Below are positions 1 through 14,458 of a stretch of 64,000 nucleotides of DNA, piece after piece; the stretch's first letter is position 1; every line of letters starts with the position of its first letter. The stretch lies in contig JBJCIZ010000239.1 of the NCBI GenBank assembly GCA_051294375.1, forward strand, positions 2,002,581-2,066,580. Reading direction: 5' to 3'. The stretch is from Paraspadella gotoi (Eukaryota; Animalia; Chaetognatha). The position numbers and the translations under genes are program-made. Under the pieces are notes generated by a model. That model was given only the letters and a program-made list of their open reading frames with translations. It made no database searches and was not told the DNA's origin.

Positions 1-1103
1 GAGACAAAAAAAGGGCGACCCGTCCATCCTGGACAGGGAGGGGGGGAAGGGAAAGAAAACGACGACGACGACGACGACCGACGGGGGCAAAAAAAGGTAC
101 CTTAACGAATTGAGACAATGTACTCGGAGGGGGGGGAACATGTCAACGGGCGTTGAACTCGGCGGAGATATATTTATTTGACGGGAAAAAAATGAGAGAG
201 AGAGGGAGAAGAGAAGGGGAGAGGGGAATGAACGCCGGCCAAGATTATGTCTTTTTTTTACTTTTTGGGACGGAGAGACATTTTAAATAATGAGCTTCTG
301 ATTTATTTTTTTCTGTTAACTTTAAAATTCTGATTTAAAGCGCATTGTTTTAGGACGTGGACCACAGTGAATGGTTGTATAGGGAGATCTCCAGGTTAAA
401 AACTCTTCGAACCGATCGCCCATGGACGCGTTTTAATCTGTGTGATTTGTGTACTTGCTCATCGCTAAATTTAACGAGGGGTTGAAAGGGGGAATATTAA
501 AAAAAAAAAAAAATCAATATGGAATGATCATTGATCAGAGGTGAGTCGCCACGACTCGTTTTTGATTTCGACGTTATTTAGTTTTAAAAAAAGAAGGAAA
601 ATTAGTTTGGTAAAATGTTTTAAAACGCATGAACGTGAATTAAAACAAAATGGTGAAAATAAAAATTTGAAAAAAAAAAAAATTAAGTAACTGACAAACA
701 AATTATGAGGTGGTTAAACTAAAACCTTCATGGGCGACACGAAGAATTCTGTTTGAACTCATCTCGAAATTGTTTAAAAACCATTGAACCATAAAAGTTT
801 AAAAAATTATATTAAATATTCATAGATCTCTTGGTTTGAAAATAAATTAACTTGAAAAACGGTCCGACGGACCGAACGATTTTCTGACAAAAAAATGGGT
901 AGTTAGTCTCCATTAAAATACCCTTAATTTAATTACATGTGTTAAGAATAATACAAATACGTCTTTTTTTTTGGTTGAACAGTTAGTTTGAGACTCATCC
1001 GTCTGTCCGAAGGTCTATCTGTCCGTCGAAATTCCGAGTTTTAACTTTAATTGACCAAAGTTAAGTGAGAGTGAGAGAGAGAGGAGAGGAGAGAGAGAGA
1101 GAA

Positions 1104-1134
<31 letters not shown>

Positions 1135-1160
1135 GNNNNNNNNNNNNNNNNNNNNNNNNN

Positions 1161-1191
<31 letters not shown>

Positions 1192-1344
1192 GAGAGAAAT
1201 TATGAAAAGAATGAAGAGGAAATGAAATGAAATGAAGATAATAGTTGAGAGACAAAAGTTGAAAATGACAATGGCTTAAAAAAAAGGCAACAAATTTAAG
1301 TTTTCAAAATGTCAACAAAAAAAATGGAGTGGAGAGTCTATTAT

Positions 1345-1690
1345 TTATTTCTTTATTTCTTTCTTTCCTAATTTCTTTCTTTATTTCTTTCCTTATTTCT
1401 TTCTTTATTTCTTTCCTTATTTCTTTCTTTCTTTTTTTCTTTCTTTCCTTAGTTCTTTTTTTTTTCTTTTTTTCTTTCTTTTCTTATTTCTTTCCTTATT
1501 TCTTTCCTTATTTCTTTCTTTATTTCTTTCTTTATTTCTTTCCTTATTTCTTTCTTTATTTCTTTCTTTATTTCTTTCTTTATTTCTTTCCTTATTTCTT
1601 TCTTTATTTTTTTCCTTATTTTTTTCCTTATTTCTTTCTTTCCTTATTTCTTTCTTTCTTTTTTTCTTTCTTTCCTTAGTTCTTGTCTTA
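1345..1690. repeat. 12-bp (TATTTCTTTCCT)n-like tandem array
   Basis: Direct reading; explains the spurious F/Y/P ORF. Confidence 0.85.
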
Positions 1691-2084
1691 TTTCTCTCAT
1701 TCTTACTCTTTCTTTTATTCTTTCCTTTATCCTTCTTTTATTTTTCCTCTCTCTCTCTCTCTCTCTCTCCCTCCCTCCCTCCTCGCGTTTCAAAATCCAA
1801 AGACCTCAAAGACAAGGGTTATCACTCTGTGTTGAAGTTTTAATCTTTACTCGAAAAGTTTGTCAACCTCTAATTTTGTTAAGAGGTTCGAGATTCTCCC
1901 GAGGTCTTCGTGACACGAAAGATCGAATGCCGAAGGGGAAACGAAGAGGATTGTCGTTGCCTCGTTGGTGTCATTGCAGTCGTAATTGTATTTGCAATTG
2001 TCGTTGGTGTCGTGTTTCTGCTTGGAGGACCTGACAGATGGACGTTGCGTTTCATTTGAAATGACCTCGCCTTTGCAATTGTGG

Positions 2085-2115
<31 letters not shown>

Positions 2116-2947
2116 TTCGTGCCAGATAGTAAAATTCCAGAGGGGAAGGGTTGGTTTAAGAAGATAGGTCAGTTGTTGTTGTTGTTTGTTGTCGTTGTTG
2201 TCGTTTTGGCAAAAAGTCGTAAGAACTACGTCGTGAATTAGTTTTGGATTAGTTTGGAGATGGTGATATCAAAATTAGTTCATGTTTTTTAAAAAAAATA
2301 ATATTGTTGGAAGTCACTTATAGACGAAAGGGAATATTTTGAGCAGCGATAGGTATTTATGTAGATGCTTATGGCAGTAGGGTGTATAACATTCAGCGCC
2401 TTTTTTTTCGCAAAAAAGTTGTCAACTGGGAAAACTTAAGATTCAAAAAATCCACAACCCTAAACCGAAACTGACCTAAGGGATGACCTCATCACGTGAC
2501 CAAAGAAAGGGGAAAGATAAAAAGGGAAGAGGAGATGGACTGACTGAGGATTGAAAGAAAAATAAGGAGAAAAAAGGAGAGAGGAGAGAGAGAAATGGGA
2601 GAGGGGAGAAAGAAAGAGAATGGAGAGAGAGAAAGGGGAGAAAGAGAAAGGGTGAGAGGAGAGAGAGAGAGAAAGGGGAAAGGGGAGAAAGAAAGAGAAT
2701 GGAGAGAAGAGAGAGTGAAAGGGTGAGAGGTGAAAAAGAGAGAAATAAAGGGGGGAGAGAGACAGGGAAAGGGGAGATATAGAAGGGAGAGTTATGAGAG
2801 AGTTAAAGCGGACAGATGAGAGGGAGAGAGAGAGGGGAGAGAGGAAAGAGAGTTAAGGGGAGAGGGTAAGAGAAAGTGGACACATTTGCATCTTTCATCC
2901 AGGCTGACTGAATCGCTCTACTTCTTCCGGCCTAATTCTGTCAACGT

Positions 2948-3003
<56 letters not shown>

Positions 3004-3593
3004 GCTCATTGAGCGAAAAATTGGATTCCTCAACAAACGCGTAATCCGATTTTTAACTTTCTCTTTGTTTTCTTTCTCCTCTTTTAAATTTCTTTCTCTT
3101 TTCGCCGGTCGGTTTAGTTTTAAAATGTTATAACTTTTTTGCCTAAATTATTTTTACGATCATTATTTTAAACTTTGAAGAAGGGAAGCGAAGAGACAGA
3201 CACAAACTTTATTTACTCTAACTGTAACACTATGTATTTATTATTGCACGTTATTTGATTAATTAGTACATTATTCAAACTATTTTTCCGGCTTCGGACA
3301 GATAGAAACGCAGACAGACGCAAATTTAACTCTAACACTGCATTTATTATTGCTCGTTCTTTTGATTAAATAGTACTTTATTTTAACTATTTGCCCCGCT
3401 TCTACGAAACTTCAAAGTTTTTCTTTCGAAAGATAAAAAGGAATGCCTTCCGCGCTTCGAGGCATGGACGGCGCAGGAGGCATGGAGGCATGGAGGCAGG
3501 GAGAAAGAATGCCGAGAGTTGTAGGCATCGATTACGATGAGAGAGAGAGGCAAGGGGTTAAAGAAAAAATAGTGAAAGAAAAAAAAGAGCAAT

Positions 3594-3681
<88 letters not shown>

Positions 3682-4117
3682 TCTTTTTCGGCCTGAAAAT
3701 TTTTGATTTGTGCTTAGGATATAAATATTTTTCTTCAAGAGATACGAAGAGGCTCGGATTTAAAATTTTAGATGGATGACGCATCGTTTAATTTTTATCT
3801 TCTTTTATTTCTATAAGAAACTCATTTCGTGACGTATTATTTTTTAGTTTATTATTTTAGTCAATCTTCGCGTAACAGACCAGCCTTTGCGCTATACTTG
3901 TCGCACACTCTCTATTTTAAAATCAAAATTATACTGTTTATTAAAAAAAAAATTAGGGACGCATAAAAAAACAAAAACAAAAAAACAAAAAACAAAAAAA
4001 AACCGAAAAGAGGAGACCCACCCTATCTTTGTGCATTGAATGATAATTTTAATTTACATAACACTTAATAACAAATAAAACAAACAATTACACGGCTTAA
4101 ACAAAAGATCAACTCAC

Positions 4118-4229
4118 AGTGGCATGAGCATGTTCCCCTTCCGTCCGACCCGCGCTCTCGATTCGAAGAGAAAGACTTCGCCAGTCGAGTTGCTTCGCGG
4201 AGCTCCGGCCACGTAGATGAGCTTGTTTT
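4118..4229 (-). CDS. Integrin alpha coding exon 5 (gene presumably continues left of the window)
   Basis: cctccag acceptor and gtgagt donor, 112 nt, in phase with exon 4. Encodes ENKLIYVAGAPRSNSTGEVFLFESRARVGRKGNMLMP (GAPR motif). Confidence 0.9.
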
Positions 4230-4625
4230 CTGGAGGGGAAATTAATGTAAACCGGCGATGTAAAATGTATATACATAACTATAACTATAGTCTATACATT
4301 TGGTTATTTACCAAAGAAATTTCAAAACGAAAAATTAAGCATTTAAAACCTTTAAATATACCTTTTTATTTTGCCAAAAATCAGAACGCTAAAACATTGT
4401 TAACAGACAACTATTTTTTTTTTAACGAATTGTAAAAACAAAATATTCATGTAAAAATTACTATTCTCAACATAATTCTCATGAACAATCTATACTACAA
4501 TTACAATGACTTAGAAATGGAAAAATGTGAAATGAAAATGTATATATAATATATATAATAATATATATAATATATTATATTATATATATATATAAATATA
4601 ATAATATATTTAAAAAGAAACTCAC

Positions 4626-4724
4626 CGATGAAATTCCCCGTTGTGACGGACATTCCCAAGTAGCTGTTCAACTTGACGGGGGCCGGGGGATTCACTCCGT
4701 CTGTCACTGGTGAGTGGTACCACC
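4626..4724 (-). CDS. Integrin alpha coding exon 4
   Basis: ttttcacag acceptor and gtgagt donor, 99 nt, phase 1-1. Encodes WYHSPVTDGVNPPAPVKLNSYLGMSVTTGNFI; SYLGMSV resembles PS1-class FG-GAP repeat 4. Confidence 0.9.
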
Positions 4725-5944
4725 CTGTGAAAAGTGTGAAAAGTGATGTGGACAAATAGCGGCTATTGCATAGTCGCATCCCATATTGATGCATATATCT
4801 TTTAGTATATATCAAATGCCGTTTCGTTAGTTATCTTTCATTCATTCATTGATTCATTCATTCATTGATTTGTTCATTCTTTTCTACATTTTCNNNNNNN
4901 NNNNNNNNNNNNNNNNNNAAATAAAAGCAAGTTAACAGGATGTAATCATTCTTAATCGAACGCTTGCTAGCCACTCATTGGACATTATTCTTTCGCCATT
5001 CGGGCGTCCTCTACCAGTGATGAGGCCTTAAACCACAAAGAGCGCGTCAAGCAGCAGGCCGGCAAGAGACTAGCGGCTTCACTGTAGCTCGCACATGACA
5101 ATTCGCTCACCTAGCACATTTTTATTATCTCGTCTTGACACCAAAATAATTACCATCGATAGAATCTCTGCATCTTCTTTAAAGATTATTGTCATAACGG
5201 CGCGAACTATATATTTCGTCATGAGAGATGACATCAATCGGTAACACATCGTACGATTTAGAACTTATGCGGATGACAGACCCGCTTCTACCGAAAGGAT
5301 CGCATGAATTGTTACGATTCGAAAGGTATAAAGAGAACAAAAGCCCTTAGCACGATCGGACTTCTGAGACTACTCATGAGCGGCAAAGGCTGTTTCAGGA
5401 AGCTATGGAGCGACATGACGCAAGGCGAACAAAAAATGCCTCCGGAGCAGTTTAGGAGGACGAAATCAGAGGAGCATTAACGAAGATGAATGTGAACGAG
5501 AACAGAATTACAGAAACGAATAAATGAGAATAGTACACAAAAGACACAAAGAGCAACGTTTACGTAAGGTCTCAGCGTAATATCATGCCCTAGCTCCTCA
5601 GTGCACGTAGAGAGAGCGCAGATCATCGTCATGCATCATCCTCGACTCGAGAAAGAACGATCTCTGCGATGTACGAGCTGACGTCATGCAAGTATCGATC
5701 GACGCTCTCATCTGCTGGAAGAGAGAGGAGAGAGAGAGAGAAGAGAAGAGAGAAGAGAGAGTAATGTTTCGGAAGAAAAGTTGTTGGGTGTTTGTTTCTT
5801 AGGTAAATCTTAATATCTTGTTTATTCTTCTAACAATTGGGGAATGAGGACAAGAGCTTGATCAAGCGGGACCTAAATAGATCTTTTATGTGATATAGAT
5901 AGACTGCATCCTGTTTAAGAGTGCATATTATGCCGTCTCCTTCT

Positions 5945-7200
5945 ATCGCTATACAGTAACATCATTTTCGTGACTATTATTTTAGTTTAATTATTTAGTA
6001 AATCTATTCGGGCGTAAAGACCACCCTTGCCTATACTTGTCGCACACTCTCTATATTTTAAAAATCAAATATTAACGTTATTAAAAAAAAGGGACGCAAA
6101 AACAAAAACAAAAACAAAAAAAAAAACCGAAAAGAGAGACCCACCTATCTTTGTGCATTGAATGATAATTTAATTTACCTAACACTTAATAACAAATAAA
6201 CAAACAATTACAACGGCTAAACAAAAGATCAACTCACAGTGGCATGAGCATGTTCCCCTTGCGTCCGACCCGCGCTCCTCGATTCGAAGAGAAAGACTCG
6301 CCAGCTCGAGTTGCTTCGGCGCGAGCTCCGGCACGTAACTGACCTGTTTCAAGCGAGCGGCTAAATTACCGCCTAACACTAATAAACCCCGCAGATTTGA
6401 AGTCGAAAAAGTATCTTTTTCAAAAATAACGTAACCTCTATTTATCATATCGCGCCATTTACTGGTTCGGTATATTTATAATCATCAAAGAAAAATAATC
6501 CCAAAACAACGAGAATATTAAAGTGCTAATTTTTAAACTAAAACATATAATCTGTTTTATATTCTATGGTGCTAAACAAATCCAGAAATCTAAAAATAAT
6601 GGTGTTATTATCCAGGGAGATATCAACAATTTGTTTTTAAGATGAGAAGTTAATCAAAACAAATATTCGTATAATAATAAATTATAAATTATAAACTCGG
6701 AACAAATTATGGTATGCCACGAAAAATAAACAACTTCTTTTATGCGAACCCTTATCTAGATAGAGCTTTAAAAAAAATAAAAAAAAGAGAAAATGAAAAA
6801 GGCAATATTATAGAATAATATAAAGAAATATAGAATACTATATATTATGATGAGACATAATATATAAAATATACTTATATACAGATTATACTTCAAAAAA
6901 ACGTTACACACCGATGAAATTCCCCGTGAGTAGAAGGGAACATTTCCAGAGGTAAGTGTTTAACAACTTGACGGGTATTCCGGGGGATTCAGCTACCGTT
7001 CTGTCACTTACGAAAATTAGAGAGTGAGTGGTACCACCGATTAGGTCTTATGAAAAAGTAGAAAAGTGTATTGTGTTTAACAATATATCAGCAGAGGTCT
7101 ATTAGCAGTTTAAAGATCATCATTAGCATCTCCATAGACTTAAAGATTTATTAAGCAGAAAATATTCATTTTAGTTGTAAACTTAAAAATGTAGTCACTT
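5945..7200. other. Error-rich duplicate of ~3800-4870 (includes broken copies of integrin exons 4 and 5); probable gap-fill artefact
   Basis: Colinear with the block left of the 25-N gap at 4894-4918, with dense single-base indels spread equally over exon and intron. Confidence 0.8.
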
Positions 7201-8674
7201 TAACTCGCGGAATTTTACGTACTAGTTTCGCCCTTTTCTATCCACTGCAAAATCCATCTAAAGACTCATATGCACCGTGCCACTCTCCAACTCAATCAAC
7301 CTGCAGGCGTTCATAATATTCATCCGACTTGGAGTTGACTCCCGTTGAAAATTTCCGTGTATACGCGATGCGTTCCCCGGCCGCTCAAACTCTTTTTTTC
7401 TTATCACATCGTCGTTCCTCCACGCGAATCCGAACTACTGAGTCTTTCCTGCTATCAAACATCTCGCTATCAATCGTCACTCTTACTGAGTACAAGAGAA
7501 TATTGCGCGGAGGTCCGATAAAATCATGATTTTCCTTATTACATGCACTTCCCGACGTCTTGGATAATCAGCGTTGTCCGGGATCCGTCATCTCCCTCTC
7601 ACCTCTCTCTCTACTCTTCTCGCTCCTCTCTTCTCTCCTCTCTCTCCTCTCTCCTCTTACTCTCTCTCTCTCTGCTTCTCAATCTCCCTCTCTCCGTCTC
7701 TACTCATTCTCTCTCTATCCCTTATAACTCTCCTCTCCTCTCTCATCCCTCCCATCGACTGCGCTGTTCATCGCTGCAAAAAATGTTCCAGGCGTCAGCT
7801 ATCAACAATTTTTCTTTTTTTAATAAATCTATCATTTGTCGTGACCATATCAAATACGTCGCGGTCGGTCGGTCTTTTCGCTGCCACTTTCACAAAAAAT
7901 TTCGAATGCAGTTCTGTTTTTTCCCTTTCTTATTTACTCTATATAGAACTTCTCATTTCATCGTTAGACTCGTCTTCGCCTCGTCGTCGGTGTCGGTCGA
8001 CTTCGTCTTGTCTTTCCGATCGCGCGCGAAGCCTGAAATTTCTGTCAACCAATCAATTCTCCGCCCACCTCGACGGACGACGCAGACGACGACGACGATG
8101 GACAAAACGAGCAGACGATGAACCAACGATGAAACGACCCGGATGAACAAGGACCGGGAGACGAAGAGGAAAATTTTTGGGGGAAAAAAACAAAACGACC
8201 GACAAATGACGAGCGTGTTGACAAAAGACACCGACCCACACTCCCCAAGAAAGACGACAAAGACGACGAAATCAGAGAAGACGACAACGAAGACAACGAC
8301 AATGACTATTAACTATTAACGTAACTTTAGCTTTTTAACGTCATTTAAGAAAACCGTAAACGCAACGACAAACTTGCCTAGAACCCAACTTTAAAACAAA
8401 TTAAACCAGAGCAAGATTTAAATTTAAACAAAAAATGTCTGATTCCAAGAAAACTAACTAATTTTACTAACTAACTATCACTGATGGATTGCGTTGTAAA
8501 CTTGTGACAGTCGAGGGTGAATCGGTGAATGACCTATAGATTGGTCGGTCCCTCTCTCTCTCACACACACTCTCTCTCTCTCTCTCTCTCTCAGGACTGT
8601 AAAGTATCATTTTTCTCATTAAAAGTCTCACATATTTTTGCCCCAGAGCTACACTTGAGAACTGGAAATAAAGG

Positions 8675-8775
8675 GAAAAGAAAAGAAAAGAAAAGAAAAG
8701 AAAAGAAAAGAAAAGAAAAGAAAAGAAAAGAAAAGAAAAGAAAAGAAAAGAAAAGAAAAGAAAAGAAAAGAAAAA
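8675..8775. repeat. (GAAAA)n microsatellite
   Basis: Direct reading. Confidence 0.95.
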
Positions 8776-11534
8776 AAAAAAGAATGGCAATAAAATGAAA
8801 AAAAAACTTACTTTTCTATCGATTTTATCCAATTGTATCCGATTTTAAAATTCATAATCGTTTCGTGTCCTGAAGGCATTCTTAAGAAACGTATTCTCTA
8901 TGAACCTCATATCTATTGTTGTCCGTTCATGATAGTTATCAATATCATTTTTAACTTTGATGATATCTCGAAATTTAGGCCAGAATCCTTTTGATGGATG
9001 ACACGAACTTGAATGTTTAATTTTGTTTTCTCAAACTTTTATTGAAAGATTTCAATAAAAACTAACTAACTAACACTAGCTAAAACAAACTAACACTAAC
9101 TAACTAACCAACACACGTAATGCAAATTGATTTTATTTATATTTCGGAAAATTTCGGAGAATTTCGAAGAAATAAAAAATTAAAAAGCTGCGCTGTGATT
9201 TAAATGTGGATAATTTATTATTTTTATAACCCGTTTTCTTCTTTTTTTTGTCTCTTCTCTTCTCTCCTCTTTTCTTCTCTTTTTTCTCTCTTCTTCGCTT
9301 CTCTTCTCTTCTCTTCTCTTCTCTTGTCTCCTCTTCCCCCAACAGAGAATTACTATAACGAAGCCTATAGCTGAGAGATGGAGAGAGCATATATTTATAT
9401 TATGAATGAGACTCGAGCGAGAGATTTGAGTGTTATGAGCAGTGATGAGTGTATAGTTAGTGTGTATAACGAAAAAACGAACAATCAAAACTAATTTGTA
9501 AGCATAAATTTCTATAAACACTGATAAGGTTATAGATTTATTGTGGGACGGAGAAGTGTGGGTTCTAGGTGAGAGATATAACTTATTTACATCTCTGCTC
9601 GTCTTCTCAATGGACGGAACGGGACCTGCATAATTCGGTCCTCCTGTTGCCGGATGCAGACGAGATCTCGCTCCTAAGCTCTCAGTCCTCTTGGTCAGTT
9701 TGCAAATCCTCCGCAACTTTTTTTGGTTTTCATTCTCTCTCCCGTCTCCTTTTGCTGCGGTTTCTTTCTAACATCTCTTCGTCTCGACAGAGGAGAATCT
9801 GTAAGTATCATTTTCTCGTCACTATAAAACCGGTTTTAAAACAGACAATGCTGGTGTATGGCGCCGGCGGGTTTGGAACAGAAGACTAAAGACACTTGCG
9901 TAATCTTTAGGAATTAAGACATATTTTGGTTATCTAGACACAGAGTAACATGAAAGTAAGATTAATAAAAGAAAATTAAGAAAGATACAAAAAATAAGAA
10001 GAATTTTTTGAAAAAAAGACAAAATGACCAAGAAAGAACAGTACGACTATCATCAATTCATCGACTTACGATATGCCACGCCGCGCCACGTCCTACACTA
10101 ACTAATAAACTCTCTACTTCCTGTCGCTATAAATATAATTATTATCCGAGCTGTGAGTTATCAATTCTCCAGGTCTCACCTATTAACTCGTTGATCACAT
10201 AGTCGTCCTCGAAGACGCGCATTCTCATCCCTCGATCATGTCTTCTTTTCTCATGAGTTCTTCTTGGGATATCCACTACTATTTAGATTCCGTTACTTTG
10301 TTTTCTAGGATCTCGCTCGGTTAAATTCACTTTAAATATTTTAATTTCTCTTCCTTCTGGTGCTACGATCCCACGCCATACCTCATAGAGCGCCACAATC
10401 GGCAACTCCCTTGGTGAGCATGGTATGGCAATCGTCTAATGGGCACATTCGACTCGCTTAGCATCATTTTATGTTTTCTGCCCTCTCTTTCTCACTCTGC
10501 ACCACCGAATTTACTTAAAATATACAATATAATACTAACCTAAGCTATATAACAACTGGGGATTTTTTGCTCCATTTTCAATCACACCAGTGGTGATTGA
10601 ATTCTTATTTTTAATATATTAATATATCGGCTGTTTCAATTTCGTAGAGACAGGCATCTCTCTGAAAGCCCAACATGTACAACGCTTGGCTCTGTATGTG
10701 ATTTAGAATCGATGGGATCCGTTTGTGACTCCTGTCTTTCCTCACTGACGTTTTTCCTCTTGCTTGTGTCTATTGTCGTTTAATCCTTTACTCTTTCTAT
10801 CTTTCTCTTTTCTCATACATAAAAGATTTAATTTTCCGAAATCTAACTATACTACTCTCTCTTTTGATTCTCAGTCTTTCGGGGAAATAATCAACGTAAT
10901 GCGGCTACAACAATTACTATTATGAGACCTACTCTCCTCTCTCTCTTCTTCTCTTTCTTCCTTGAGTCTATTTCTTCTGAGCTGTCTATTTACTCTCGCT
11001 TTTCCTCGTCAGTTCTTGCAGAGTTCTACCTATGGACGAATTCTTGCCTCTTCGTGCCTTCCACTCTTCAACTCAATTCTCTCATACCTAATCTGACATT
11101 CTACTAAATACTATTGTGCTCCGTGGTGGTGTGCTCTGGGTGTGTGTGCCGACCTGAGATGCACTCGTTGTGGTCTATTGTTGTGCTGTCGCATCCGGTT
11201 GAACTAACAACGATTACCGTTCCCAAATACGGCTCGGTTCGAGAATCATATCTAGTGTGTCCGACAAGCGAAGGGACGCTATCAAATTCTTCTTCATACA
11301 GCTGCGTGTGGTGGCGGTCGTTCTGCCTCTCGTGAGCCCTCTTCCCGTCTCTCCTGCCCCGTCTGCTACGTCCAGTACCTCCTCCTCACTAAACACTCAC
11401 TCCCTTCGTGTACCTCCATCTCCTCCCCTCCCTTGGGCCCGACGATTTGCCGCGGGCCGCGGTCCGCTCGTTCACAGTGCGTGGTCCGTCGCACGGTCTC
11501 CTGCCGAGTCTGGCATCACACGTCGGGGCACCTC

Positions 11535-11820
11535 TCCTGTAGCGTCTCTGTCCATCACCCGCGTCTGTATCGTCCTTGGCAAACTCCACGCTTCCGTCCA
11601 GTCGTAGCTTTCCGGGTGGCGCGCTGACGAGCGCTGCGCTGAGACGCAACGCCCCCCCCGGAGCGGCGAAAACCCAGAGGTGCCCCCGCCTGCCAAGCAC
11701 CCGAACCTGCCTGTGCCTCTCAGATCCGTACTGCGTCGGCGCGCAAGGTCTCAAAAGTCAAGGTAAGTCAAAGGTCAGGAGAAGGAGTAACAGGCGCCTA
11801 GGCGCGGCGAGTTTCATCCG
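11535..11820 (-). CDS. Integrin alpha coding exon 3 (frameshifted, error-rich sequence)
   Basis: Fragments across frames read LGACYS..LRPC..FG.CQAGTSG..ALVSAPGSYDWTGSV..MDRDAT, matching the expected G.CY...PC...CQAG.S...GAPG.Y.W.G segment between exons 2 and 4. Boundaries are approximate. Confidence 0.65.
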
Positions 11821-12112
11821 TGAGGAGGGGAGAGGGAGAGAGAGAGAAGAGAGAGAGAGGAGAGAGGAGAGAAGGAGAGAGAGAGGAGAGAGAGAGGAGA
11901 GAGAGAGAGAGAGAGAACAGGAGAGAGAGAGAGGAGAGAAAGGAAATTTATTTAAGAGATGACAAACAAAAAATGACCACTTGAAAACAAATACCCAAAA
12001 AAAAAAAAACTCGTCACAACAAAAACAAAAAAAAAAACTAAAAACAAACAACAAAATCAAAAAACAGAAAAGATTCGNNNNNNNNNNNNNNNNNNNNNNN
12101 NNCGCTCCTCAC

Positions 12113-12273
12113 CTATGGAGACGTATCTGTGAGCGCAGACGACGACGACATCGTCTGTCGATTGCAGAGAGACGCCAAGCCACTGGTCAGTGAAATCCCA
12201 CCTTTGGTCATCCGGTTCTTGCTGCGTCTCAACCTGTTGACAGGAATCGTCCGCCGCAGAGCCGTAAAAGCAG
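12113..12273 (-). CDS. Integrin alpha coding exon 2
   Basis: cctccag acceptor, phase-compatible with exon 1. Encodes CFYGSAADDSCQQVE...DQWLGVSLQSTDDVVVVCAHRYVSI (QWLGV...CAHRY is typical of PS1/alpha6-type chains). The gtgagg donor lies just before an N gap, so the 3' end is slightly uncertain. Confidence 0.9.
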
Positions 12274-13696
12274 CTGGAGGTGGGGTTGGAATAAAAAAAA
12301 CTATTTATCTATTTGTTTAAATACTTTTAATAATAAAACTACTAAAAAATAATTTTGAAAAGGACGAAATACCCTTGGTTTTATTTTATATTGATCAGTA
12401 GTAGAATTAACCGGATTAAACCGGATTAAACCGACACAATTTTGAAACAAGATATTATTTTCGTTTTTGACCCAATAAACTTTTAGGATTCGTATTCACT
12501 TTAAATTAATCGCCGATCAAATACGAAATAAAATGCACCTCGAAATGATTTCACTCTGCAATACGAGATATTATTCTAATTATTATCATTATCATCATTA
12601 ATGGATTGCCTTCAACGACCGGATATTATTTTTAAAAAATCTGTCATTTTAATGTAGCCCCCCCCCACCCGTTTGTTAAAGGACAGGTCGTGACTTGCCC
12701 TCTCTCTTTTCCGCGGTCATGTAACGTTAATCTCTATTATCCTTTCAAAAAAAAAGATAACTAAACAATAACATTCTCTGACAGTTTTCGGGGAGAATAT
12801 AAGTAATGCTAAAAAATTGATATTATGAGATTATTTTTTTATTTTTTTTGACGTAATTGATATATTCCCGAGACGGAACAAGGACGAATTCTTTTCGTCT
12901 CAAGAGAATTTTTAAATGAAATCGATAAATGATGCATTGCGGGGGGTGGGGGGGTGAGGTTTAAGTGTGTGTGTGTTGGCTTTGTGTGTAGTATCGTTGN
13001 NNNNNNNNNNNNNNNNNNNNNNNNNNNNNNNNNNNNNNNNNNNNNNNNNNNNNNNNNNNNNNNNNNNNNNNNNNNNNNNNNNNNNNNNNNNNNNNNNNNN
13101 NNNNNNNNNNNNNNNNNNNNNNNNNNNNNNNNNNNNNNNNNNNNNNNNNNNNNNNNNNNNNNNNNNNNNNNNNNNNNNNNNNNNNNNNNNNNNNNNNNNN
13201 NNNNNNNNNNNNNNNNNNNNNNNNNNNNNNNNNNNNNNNNNNNNNNNNNNNNNNNNNNNNTCTCTCATAAATCGTCGAGGGCTGGCAATTTGGACGCCGG
13301 GATTAAACATTCGTATTAACGCGTCTGTACCTAGTTGACTGCCGACGACGACGACGACTACAACAACAACAACAACGCACCTGGAGAGAGAAAATCGATG
13401 GTTTTAATTACAACCTTTTTCGCGCAAAGAATCCTGAAAGTTTCGATTTGGATTTTTCTTTCTCTTTCTATTTCTTTCCTTCTTTCTTTCTTTCTTTCTC
13501 ATTCTCCCTTTTTGTCTCTCTTTTTTTCTCCCTTTCAATCTCTTTCAATCTCTTTTTCTATCTCTTTATCTCTCTCTCTCTCTCTTTTCTTTCTCTTTCT
13601 TATTTTTCTCTCTCTTTCTTTCTCTTTTACCCTCTCTTTTTTGACTTCGTTTTTATTTCTATCACTCTCTCACTCACTCTCTCTCTCTCTTTCTCT

Positions 13697-13738
<42 letters not shown>

Positions 13739-14188
13739 TCTCTCTCTCTCTCTTTCTCTCTCTGCTCTCTGCGTACTCGTTCTCAGTTCGCCTTTTCTGC
13801 CTTTCCTTCATTTCGCCTTTCCCTTTCGTTAATCGCCTTTCTTTCTTTAATTCGTCTTTCTCTCTTTCGCCTGCCGCCCCCTCCTACCGCCCCCCCTCAA
13901 TCGCCCTCGGTTGTCGGTTAATCAGAGTAGGGCGGGTGGACGGGCGAAACCCCCAGGTGTCGGACAGCGTCGGACGAACCGACAGTAAAAACTCCGCCTC
14001 TCAAAATCTGAAGAGAGTTTGTTAGCCAATCGGGGTAAAACGTCAACGTAATCTAATCGCCCTGTACTAATAAATATTTTAAATACGTACGAACGATTTG
14101 TCTATTACAAATTCTGATTCCTAGTAATATTGGAACGATAGATTTCAAACTGTTAAAAGCGAAATATTAACGATTAGGTGCCCAAATT

Positions 14189-14458
14189 GGCTCTCTTTTA
14201 CAAAAGCGCTTTATTTTTGTTTCTTTGTTTCTTAATTTTAACTTTAATATTTTAACCCAATTTTTAACATTAATCCTAATCCTAATCTTTCTAAAGCTTA
14301 ATTGTTAACCCTAATCATTAATCTTAATCACTAACCTAATCCCTATCCCTCATCTATAACCAAATCCCTAACCCTAACCCTCCACCTTATCTTTAAACCA
14401 AAAAACCAACATTATTCCGAATATGAGACGAAACGGGGCGCTTTGGGGAAATAAAGCC
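14189..14458 (+). mobile_element. MITE-like element with an internal degenerate (CCCTAA)n tract
   Basis: Imperfect ~21-bp inverted ends GGCTCTTTTTTACAAAAGCGC / GCGCTTTGGGGAAATAAAGCC around a CCTAAT/CCCTAA tract. Confidence 0.6.

Noticed and set aside
7200-11500. Additional genes or exons in integrin intron 3
   Set aside because: Low-quality, low-complexity sequence; exon 3 appears to join exon 4 directly (DRDAT-x-WYHS).
12912-13338. ORFs spanning N runs (also at 26.7-27.6, 32.0-32.5 and 51.6-53.5 kb)
   Set aside because: Open only because N codons contain no stops.
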